In this document: piece by piece, positions 14,845 through 21,786 of the stretch | Layout of the letters: each line of letters begins with the position of its first letter | Position numbering within the stretch: position 1 is the stretch's first letter | Source of the DNA: Candidatus Woesearchaeota archaeon | GTDB lineage: Archaea > Nanobdellota > Nanobdellia > SCGC-AAA011-G17 > GW2011-AR20 | Direction of reading: 5' to 3' | Assembly (NCBI GenBank): GCA_018303025.1 | Contig: JAGVYZ010000019.1 | Location: 1 to 42,586, forward strand | DNA length: 42,586 nucleotides | Notes under the pieces: generated by a model | The model's database searches: none | What the model was told of the DNA's origin: nothing | The model's input: only the letters and a program-made list of their open reading frames with translations | Translations under genes and position numbers: made by a program

Positions 14845-16686
14845 TTATGAATTAAAAAACTTTTTTATTTTTTCAACAGGCATATTTGTTATTTCTAAGT
14901 GCATTTCTTTTGGGAAACATCTTAGATAATTATTCCAGGAATATCTTTCATCTAAGAAAGCTATAATTCCTTTGTCTGTTTCACTTCTAATGCATCTTCC
15001 ATAATTTTGGATAGATAAAATAATTGCAGGATAAATATATGCATAATCCCATCCTTTTTTGTATTTCTTTTCATAATAATCTATTAATGCTTTTGTTTCT
15101 AAATCAGGCGGGCTTAATGGAATACCAACAATAATTACTGCTTTTAAAAAATCTCCAATTAGGTCAATTCCTTCTCCAAAACTGCCTTGAGAGACAGCTA
15201 ATAAAACAGCTCCTGAATCTTTATAGTTTCTAAATTTATCTAATAATTCATCTCTTTCATTTTTATTTGATTTTTTATTTTCCTGGAAAATTGTTTTTCT
15301 GCTTAATGGTTCAAACAATGGATAAATTTCATCTCTGAATTTATAACTTGGAAAAAATATAATTGAATTTCCTTTTATTTCATTTATTATATTTGAAGAA
15401 ATTAATGCTATTTTATTGTACATCTCTTCTGTTCTTTGAGTAAATTTTGTTGTTATTCCTTTTACTATAAGATTTAATTGATTCTCTCTTGGAAATGGAC
15501 TTTTATACTCTAATAAATTTGCTCTATCTATTCCCCATAAATCTTTGTACATTTCAACAGGTATTAAAGTGCCTGACATGAAAATTGAGAAATAACTGGA
15601 TTCTACTATTGGTTTTATTAAAATTGAGGGATCTAAACAGCGATAATTTAAACTTATTACTGACCTTCCTGATTTTAAGAATCCTTTTTTTAATATTCTT
15701 ACAAAACCTTCATCTGGACCTGGCCAGGCTGCTATGAATTCTAAAATCTGGGTTAAATAAGAACGCTTTTTTTCTTCTATTATTTCTTCTGCTAAAGATT
15801 GCAAATCTAAATAAACCTGGTCAAAGTCTTCTATCTTGAAATCTTCTTTTTTTATTAGGATTTCATTATTCTGGATTGGAATATTTCTTACTAATAATTC
15901 CAGTTTATTTTTCATTTCATTCAAATTATTGGCTAATTCATTTGCTTTAAACTGGATGCATTCTTTTATTGCTAATTCCAACTGATAAGAAGAAATTGTT
16001 GAGGTTAACATGTCTCTGGCTTTTTTATTTATGTTATGGGCTTCATCAAAAATTAGAATTGTATTTGATAATTCTTTATCTGTTCTTTTCATGAATGTTT
16101 CCCTTATATGAGAATTTAGAATATGATTGTAATCTGCTATTATTATTTTTGAGGATTTAGCTAAATCAGAAGCTATTTCATATGGGCAGAGTTTTTCTAT
16201 ACTTGATTCTTTTTTTAATTCTTCTACATGAAGAATTGGATTAACTGTATCCAGGAATGATTTTACTCTTTTTTGATTATTTTTTTCTTTGTAATTTGTG
16301 TAATATTCGCAAGCACCATTATCTCTTAGTTCTTTGCAATATTCATAAAATTCAGCTGTAGAACTTTTTTCTACTCCTTCTTGCAAACATAAATGTTTTT
16401 TTCCTATTAAATCAGAAACCTGAAGATTTAGATTAAATTTGGCTTTAATTGTTCTTATTGTTTCTATTGCTAATTTATGCTGAGAATGTCTGGGTGTTAA
16501 GAATATTAATGTTAAATCTTTTTTTAACAATAAAGGAATAATTGAAGAGAAAATAGCTGCTGTTTTGCCTACACCTACTGGAACATGAGCTATTATGTTG
16601 TTTTTTGTATCTAATGAAGTTAAAATTTCTTTAATAAAATCTTCCTGAGTGTTTCTGATTTTATCATACGGAAATAATATATTCAT
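14845..16686 (-). CDS. xpd: XPD/Rad3-family 5'-3' DNA helicase with an Fe-S domain
   Basis: Walker A VPVGVGKTAA, a DEAH box (FDEAHN), four Cys between motifs I and II (HLC, EYC, GAC, KLCPYE), and a C-terminal motif VI region (QNYGRCIRS). Confidence 0.85.
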   Translation of the reverse strand: MNILFPYDKIRNTQEDFIKEILTSLDTKNNIIAHVPVGVGKTAAIFSSIIPLLLKKDLTLIFLTPRHSQHKLAIETIRTIKAKFNLNLQVSDLIGKKHLCLQEGVEKSSTAEFYEYCKELRDNGACEYYTNYKEKNNQKRVKSFLDTVNPILHVEELKKESSIEKLCPYEIASDLAKSSKIIIADYNHILNSHIRETFMKRTDKELSNTILIFDEAHNINKKARDMLTSTISSYQLELAIKECIQFKANELANNLNEMKNKLELLVRNIPIQNNEILIKKEDFKIEDFDQVYLDLQSLAEEIIEEKKRSYLTQILEFIAAWPGPDEGFVRILKKGFLKSGRSVISLNYRCLDPSILIKPIVESSYFSIFMSGTLIPVEMYKDLWGIDRANLLEYKSPFPRENQLNLIVKGITTKFTQRTEEMYNKIALISSNIINEIKGNSIIFFPSYKFRDEIYPLFEPLSRKTIFQENKKSNKNERDELLDKFRNYKDSGAVLLAVSQGSFGEGIDLIGDFLKAVIIVGIPLSPPDLETKALIDYYEKKYKKGWDYAYIYPAIILSIQNYGRCIRSETDKGIIAFLDERYSWNNYLRCFPKEMHLEITNMPVEKIKKFFNS

Positions 16687-16717
16687 AAAAATAAAAAAGA
16701 AAAAGAGAATTTAAGAC

Positions 16718-17314
16718 TTATTGTCTTGTTGAATCTGTTTGTGTAGAATCTGGTGTTGCTTCCCTTCTGAAAGGTGGGATATAAGCTGTTCTTCCTTCTA
16801 CAAAATTTCTCCAATCTGAACTATCTGCTTGCGCTAATTCTAATTGACGGTCTTGAGTTGCTTTTACTCCTCTTAATCCTTCTTGATAACTTTGAGCTAA
16901 TGAGTCTATTCTAACGTTTGCTGCATTTGTTCTTCTTCTGTTAGCTATGTTTGAGGCTAATGCAGCTCTTGCTTCGGCAGCAAGATTTGTATTTACTCTG
17001 TCTGCTAAACCATAAGCTGAGTTTGCTTTTGTATTTGCTTTATTTGCTAAGTCATAAGTTCTAGCGATACCTCTTTGAGCTGCTCTATCTTGTGCATTTA
17101 ATCTGTTAATCTGATTTATTTGAGCATTGTCAATTTCTCTTTGAGTTGGAACTCTTGGAGCTACCATTGCTGAATCTGCTGTATTTTTAGTTGCAGTTTG
17201 TTCTTCAGCACCCCATGTAATAGGATTGTACCAATGTTTTTTACAGCCTTCTGCTGTTGCTACAACTGAAAGAGTTGCTAATGTATATAAACCGGTTCTA
17301 ATATAATTATTCAT
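16718..17314 (-). CDS. Ala/Arg/Asn/Gln-rich coiled-coil protein with an N-terminal signal/anchor
   Basis: The N-terminal hydrophobic segment LYTLATLSVVATAEGC is followed by low-complexity helical sequence. The gene looks richer in G+C than flanking genes. Confidence 0.6.
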   Translation of the reverse strand: MNNYIRTGLYTLATLSVVATAEGCKKHWYNPITWGAEEQTATKNTADSAMVAPRVPTQREIDNAQINQINRLNAQDRAAQRGIARTYDLANKANTKANSAYGLADRVNTNLAAEARAALASNIANRRRTNAANVRIDSLAQSYQEGLRGVKATQDRQLELAQADSSDWRNFVEGRTAYIPPFRREATPDSTQTDSTRQ

Positions 17315-17387
17315 TTTTTATTCCCCCTAATCTTTATAATTATTAATTTAATTACTATTCTATAGAAGTTAACATTTAAAAACCTTT

Positions 17388-18650
17388 TCATTTGTTTTTG
17401 CCTATTCTTTCCAAATCTCTTAATGCTTCTTCTTCTGTCAATTCTCTTTGAGGAGTATGAGGTTGTTGTCGAGAAGGTGTTCTTCTAGCTGGTGCAACTA
17501 TTCTATTTTGTCGAGACTGCTGTAATCTTGTTCTGTTTTCTCTTGCTCTTATCTCTTCTGCTTTTCTTCTTGCAGTTTCTTCTGCTTCTCTTCTTGCCAT
17601 TGAATTTATTCTTTGATTTAATGTATTTATTGAATCCTGGTAAGTTTTTACAGTTAAAGAAGCATTAGTTGCTGTTCTTGCTCTTCTTAATGCTGTTCTA
17701 TACCTGCTTGTATCTACCCTCAATGCTTCTAATTCAATATTACGAGCAGATAAATCAAACCAATACCTTTTTGCTGATGCAGAAGCATTGGATGCTAATG
17801 TTCTTGCTTGTAATAATCTTGAATCAGAATTATGAATATATACTCCTAAAATTGTATTTCGTCTTTGTAAACTTCTATTTGCTGCTGCTAAATTTGTTGT
17901 ATCTGCTATAAGTTGGACATTCTGCTGTTGTAATGTTGTATTTTCTCTTAATCTATTTTGATATCCTACTTCTCTTGCTTCTAATGATTTTATTTTTTCG
18001 CTTTGTATTATTACTGCAGCAGCTGAAGCATTTGCGATAGATATTGCACCATATAATCTTAAGTTTGTTAAATGTTCTAAAGTTGCTAAAACAGTATTTT
18101 GCCTTCTTAAATCTCTTATATTTTTTCTATAATCAGTTGTATCTCTTCTTAATGCGGTTAGTTCTGATGAACTATTCTTTGATAATTCTTCATTTCTTCC
18201 TTCTAAAAAAAGGTTATATTGTTCTAAGGTTCTAATGTTTTGTGAAGAAAGTGCTAATAAAAGATATTGCCACAAATTATCTCTATCTGCTCTTTCTCTT
18301 AATTCTTTATCTCTTGCATTAACTTCTGTTAATGTATCTAAACTATCTTCTAATGCATTTTTTCTTTCATTTGTTCTTTCATTTAAGCTATATGCTATTT
18401 CTGCTGCTTTTTTATCTGTGTAATCTTCTACTTTTTTAAGACATCCTTTTGCATAACCAATTGTAAGTGCTAATGTTGCTACGGCTGTAAAAGTTATTAT
18501 TCTTCTTCCATATTTTCTAAGAAAAGATTTATCTTGAGGATTAGACTGAGGTTCGGCTGGAGCGAATGGAGCTATTGGTGTGCTATCTAATGGTCGTGCT
18601 TTTTGAGGTGATTCATCTTTGGGTGTTTGTTGTTTCATTTTTCTTACCAT
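17388..18650 (-). CDS. membrane-anchored coiled-coil protein with internal ~80-aa repeats
   Basis: Pro/Gln-rich N-terminus, one TM (IITFTAVATLALTIGYA), then helical sequence. It contains repeated blocks of the form DTTxYR..RRQNTVL...ANASAAA / DTTNL..RRNTIL...SNASASA / DTSRYR..TNASL. Confidence 0.6.
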   Translation of the reverse strand: MVRKMKQQTPKDESPQKARPLDSTPIAPFAPAEPQSNPQDKSFLRKYGRRIITFTAVATLALTIGYAKGCLKKVEDYTDKKAAEIAYSLNERTNERKNALEDSLDTLTEVNARDKELRERADRDNLWQYLLLALSSQNIRTLEQYNLFLEGRNEELSKNSSSELTALRRDTTDYRKNIRDLRRQNTVLATLEHLTNLRLYGAISIANASAAAVIIQSEKIKSLEAREVGYQNRLRENTTLQQQNVQLIADTTNLAAANRSLQRRNTILGVYIHNSDSRLLQARTLASNASASAKRYWFDLSARNIELEALRVDTSRYRTALRRARTATNASLTVKTYQDSINTLNQRINSMARREAEETARRKAEEIRARENRTRLQQSRQNRIVAPARRTPSRQQPHTPQRELTEEEALRDLERIGKNK

Positions 18651-18719
18651 TTAAAAGAGGTTAATTCTAAAAGTTTAGAATGTAAAAACTTATATATCTT
18701 TACTTTTTTAAATTATTAA

Positions 18720-19286
18720 ATGGAAAAAGATGTGAAAGGTAGAATTCTTGAAATTTTAAAAGATAGTTTGAATGCAATTGCTTTTAATAAAACAAATAAC
18801 TTGAGAGAATATAGTGATAAGATAATTCATTCAGCTAGCATATATCAGGATGAGAATATTGTAAGTGTTTCTGTCTTAATTTATGCATTGTCAAAAATTT
18901 ATGAAAGAAAAAATTACAGAAATTGCAGAGATTGGGAGAAATTTAATCAGATAGTTGTTATTAATCTAAAAAAAGCTGTTGAGACTTTGGAAAAAGACAA
19001 TGATTCTGATTACTATAAGGCAATAAAAGGAATATCTGAATCCATTAATGGGTTGGACAGGAAATTAAAATTATATATTGAACAGGTTTTTGAAAAAGCA
19101 AAAATTCATAGAGCTAGCAGATTGCATGAACATGGAATTTCTGTTGGAAGGACTGCTGACATTTTGGGGATAAGCAAATGGGAAATTATGGATTATATTG
19201 GACATACTGGAATAAGTGATGTCAAGGAATCAAAAACAATTGCTATTGATAGAAGACTGAAAAAGGCCAGGGAGATATTTTTATGA
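18720..19286 (+). CDS. UPF0175-like HTH protein (putative antitoxin) with a long N-terminal extension
   Basis: The C-terminal GISVGRTADILGISKWEIMDYIGHTGI resembles the UPF0175/COG2886 HTH. Its stop overlaps the start of the next gene (ATGA at 19283-19286). Confidence 0.5.
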   Translation: MEKDVKGRILEILKDSLNAIAFNKTNNLREYSDKIIHSASIYQDENIVSVSVLIYALSKIYERKNYRNCRDWEKFNQIVVINLKKAVETLEKDNDSDYYKAIKGISESINGLDRKLKLYIEQVFEKAKIHRASRLHEHGISVGRTADILGISKWEIMDYIGHTGISDVKESKTIAIDRRLKKAREIFL

Positions 19287-19963
19287 AAACTTTAGTTTTT
19301 GATACAGGAAGCATTATTTCTATTATGACTAATAATCTTATGGATGTTTTGATTAAACTAAAGGAAGAGAGCCAGGTTGATTTTATTGTGACTAATGAAG
19401 TTAAAAAAGAATTATTGGATATTCCCATACAAGGCAAAAGATTCAAATTAGAAGCAATTATGCTTGATTTTTATCTGAAAAAATATTTTAAAACACAGAC
19501 AAACATGAATTTTAACAATTTAATTAATTCTGTTCTTAGTTTGTGCAATACTCTTTTTAGTGTTAATGGGCAATATTTAAAATTAGTTGACAGGGCTGAA
19601 GTTGAAGCTTTAGTTATTGCTAGTTCAATGAGAGCAGATGCTTATGTTGTTGATGAAAGAACAATGAGGCTATTAGTTGAAAATCCAATGAAATTGCATG
19701 AATTATTTGAAAGAAAATTGCATACTAAAATTCAGATTAATAATCGGAATTTACGCGAGTTAATTGACAAATTTTCAGGAATGACTATATTAAGAAGCTG
19801 TGATTTAATGACTATTGCTTATGAAAAACAATTGTTTGTTAAGTATGATTTTCATGAAGAATTATTAGATGCACTTTTATGGGGATTGAAATTAAGAGGG
19901 TGTTCTGTTTCTGAACAAGAGATTGATGAGATTATTAAAATTGAAATAAACAAATCTGCATAA
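19283..19963 (+). CDS. PIN-like domain protein (putative toxin/nuclease)
   Basis: N-terminal LVFDTGSII, then spaced acidic residues (TNEVKKEL, VDRAEVEAL, YVVDERT), consistent with a PIN fold. Translationally coupled to the upstream HTH gene. Confidence 0.5.
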   Translation: MKTLVFDTGSIISIMTNNLMDVLIKLKEESQVDFIVTNEVKKELLDIPIQGKRFKLEAIMLDFYLKKYFKTQTNMNFNNLINSVLSLCNTLFSVNGQYLKLVDRAEVEALVIASSMRADAYVVDERTMRLLVENPMKLHELFERKLHTKIQINNRNLRELIDKFSGMTILRSCDLMTIAYEKQLFVKYDFHEELLDALLWGLKLRGCSVSEQEIDEIIKIEINKSA

Positions 19964-19972
19964 AAGAAAAGG

Positions 19973-19980
19973 TTTATAAT
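19973..19980 (+). promoter_or_regulatory. TATA-box-like element (TTTATAAT) with a purine-rich BRE-like stretch upstream of tRNA-Trp
   Basis: It lies 26-33 nt upstream of tRNA position 1 (20006) and is preceded by gaaaagg. This matches the usual archaeal promoter geometry. Confidence 0.4.
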
Positions 19981-20005
19981 TCTCGAATTAAATCATTTTT
20001 TTATT

Positions 20006-20215
20006 GGGGATATAGCACAACCCGGTTAATGCGGTCGGCTCCAGAAGTAAGGGTTTAACACCCTTCACGAACCCGTGAACGAACCTGTTAAAAACAGATT
20101 CATTGATGAAACCGATTGATTCAGGTTCAAATGAAGCTTTTCTTCGCGAAGAAAACCTTCAGGAAAAGAAGGCGAGATGAAGAAAACAAAAGCTCTGAAA
20201 GTCCTGATATCCCCA
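20006..20215 (+). tRNA. tRNA-Trp: tRNA-Trp (anticodon CCA) with two introns (about 20045-20110 and about 20132-20201)
   Basis: Exons 20006-20044, 20111-20132 and 20203-20215 assemble into a 74-nt cloverleaf. Acceptor GGGGATA/TATCCCC; D arm GCAC/ATGC; anticodon stem GTCGG/CCGAT; loop CTCCAGA; T arm TCAGG-TTCAAAT-CCTGA; discriminator A. No CCA is encoded. Confidence 0.8.
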
Positions 20216-20345
20216 GTACTTTTTCTTTTTGAAAAAGAAAACCTACGCTAAAAGAAAACATCTTGGAAAAAACCTACGCTAAAAGAAACATTTAGCAAGA
20301 AAAATCTTATGAGCAAAAAGAAAAAATTAAAGCGAAACGTTTAAA
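20216..20345. repeat. purine-rich repeat leader (AAAGAAAAC units; 21-nt direct repeat AACCTACGCTAAAAGAAA(A)CA x2)
   Basis: The direct repeats lie at 20240-20260 and 20271-20290. aaaagaaaacatcttggaaaaa (20250-20271) closely matches 27422-27444 upstream of the 853-aa surface-protein gene. Confidence 0.7.
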
Positions 20346-20373
20346 AATGTTAACTTCTTAGTGAATAAAACAA

Positions 20374-21786
20374 ATGATTATTTATAGGGGGTTATTTCAA
20401 ATGAAAACATCAAATTTAATAGGTACTGGAGTTCTTTTAGCAGCATTAGCAACAGGTGCAAAAGCTGTAGAAAATCCAAATAGATTTTTAGGAAGAGAAA
20501 ATATTCCTGCAACTTATGTTGGAATGCAAAATGGAAGAGCTGTTTTTGAAGTTAATGATGGTGATTCTACTGCATTTGGTAGATTTTCTAGAATGTTTGA
20601 AACTAAAAATGATATTTTTGAATCTGATTTTGATGGTTTAAGATTTACAAGAACAACTGTAGATTCTGCAACTGGAAATGTAACTTTAAGACCAGTAAGA
20701 GAATTAGTTGATTGCAGAGAAGAAGGAAATCCATTATATGGTTTAAATGGAATTAATCCTGATAGCGGAATTGTTGTTAGAGGATTTAAAGCAGATAATA
20801 GTCCTGGTGAAATTGTTATAACTGTAAATGAATTAGGCGAAGATATAGAAACTTGGGGTGCTAATGCTATTGTTCGATATGCAGCAAATAAAGCTGGTCT
20901 TAAAAAAGGTTTAACATTTATGACTATAAACGGAAGAAATTCTAGATTCATTGAAAACTTAGTACCTTGTTTAGGAGACATTGTAGAATTTGGCGGAGAG
21001 CATGAAAATAGTGGAGCATTTGTTCCATTAACTACTTATAATGTTCATAGGGGATTTAGAGGAGGTACAACTGTATCTGCCTTGCATCCTGTAAGAGATT
21101 CTAGGATGAAGATTAGTGTTGGTCCTAGAGGAAATCCATATTTTACTGGAACTCAAAGATTTAGTGTTGATCCTAGCAAATTAAATGATGGATTACAATT
21201 GAGAATAGAAGATTATGAATGTGATTTGGTTGCAAGAGCATTAAATGCTACTCAATTTAATGCTGGTTATGGAAGATTAAATGGACACAATGGTGTTGAA
21301 GTTGGTGCTATGGTAGACTTGCCTAATAATTTTGTAATAGGTGGAAGTGTTTACAATAGTGTAAGAGATCCAACTACAATTTCTACTTCAGAAAGAACTG
21401 CAGGACAATTTAGAGTAGTGGAAACTGATTCAACAAATGAAAAAATAAGAGCTGTTGAATTTGCCTTAGGAAGAAAAATAACTCTTGGAGATTTAGTTGT
21501 AACACCTAGTATAACAGCAATGCAGGAACAAGTATCTACTTTTATTAATGAAGGACAGCAACTTTATGGAACTGGTGGATTAAAGGAAGATAAAGTAACT
21601 CCTCGGGATACAAGAATGACTGATTATAGTGTTGGTGGAAATGTAAATGTGCAAATTCCATTAGGTAATAGATTTGGAATTTACGGAAATGCTGGTGTAA
21701 GCAATGTTATGAATCCAAAACCAACATTTAGAGCTGGTGTTTATGTTGGAGCTGGCAGAATTTATGATGGAGTTGGTAAACAATGA
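20374..21786 (+). CDS. secreted protein with a beta-barrel-like C-terminal region
   Basis: Signal peptide MKTSNLIGTGVLLAALATGAKA (likely start 20401). The last ~170 aa show Gly/aromatic-rich alternating hydrophobic strands (YSVGGNVNVQIPL, FGIYGNAGVSNV, FRAGVYVGAG). The gene looks richer in G+C than the window average. Confidence 0.65.
   Translation: MIIYRGLFQMKTSNLIGTGVLLAALATGAKAVENPNRFLGRENIPATYVGMQNGRAVFEVNDGDSTAFGRFSRMFETKNDIFESDFDGLRFTRTTVDSATGNVTLRPVRELVDCREEGNPLYGLNGINPDSGIVVRGFKADNSPGEIVITVNELGEDIETWGANAIVRYAANKAGLKKGLTFMTINGRNSRFIENLVPCLGDIVEFGGEHENSGAFVPLTTYNVHRGFRGGTTVSALHPVRDSRMKISVGPRGNPYFTGTQRFSVDPSKLNDGLQLRIEDYECDLVARALNATQFNAGYGRLNGHNGVEVGAMVDLPNNFVIGGSVYNSVRDPTTISTSERTAGQFRVVETDSTNEKIRAVEFALGRKITLGDLVVTPSITAMQEQVSTFINEGQQLYGTGGLKEDKVTPRDTRMTDYSVGGNVNVQIPLGNRFGIYGNAGVSNVMNPKPTFRAGVYVGAGRIYDGVGKQ

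Noticed and set aside
20104-20198. Possible box C/D guide RNA in the tRNA-Trp precursor (TGATGA at 20104-20109, TGAAGA at 20178-20183, CTGA at 20195-20198), by analogy with euryarchaeal tRNA-Trp introns that guide Cm34/Um39 methylation
   Set aside because: The C-like box is at the 3' end of intron 1 and the D-like box is in intron 2, with an exon between them. I could find neither a terminal stem nor a guide complementary to the anticodon arm. The short boxes are expected by chance in this sequence. This is left unresolved rather than claimed.
20514-20981. 155-aa minus-strand ORF within the 470-aa secreted-protein gene
   Set aside because: It lies entirely antisense to a longer ORF that has a signal peptide and coherent domain structure. 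Long antisense ORFs are expected in this locally more G+C-rich stretch.
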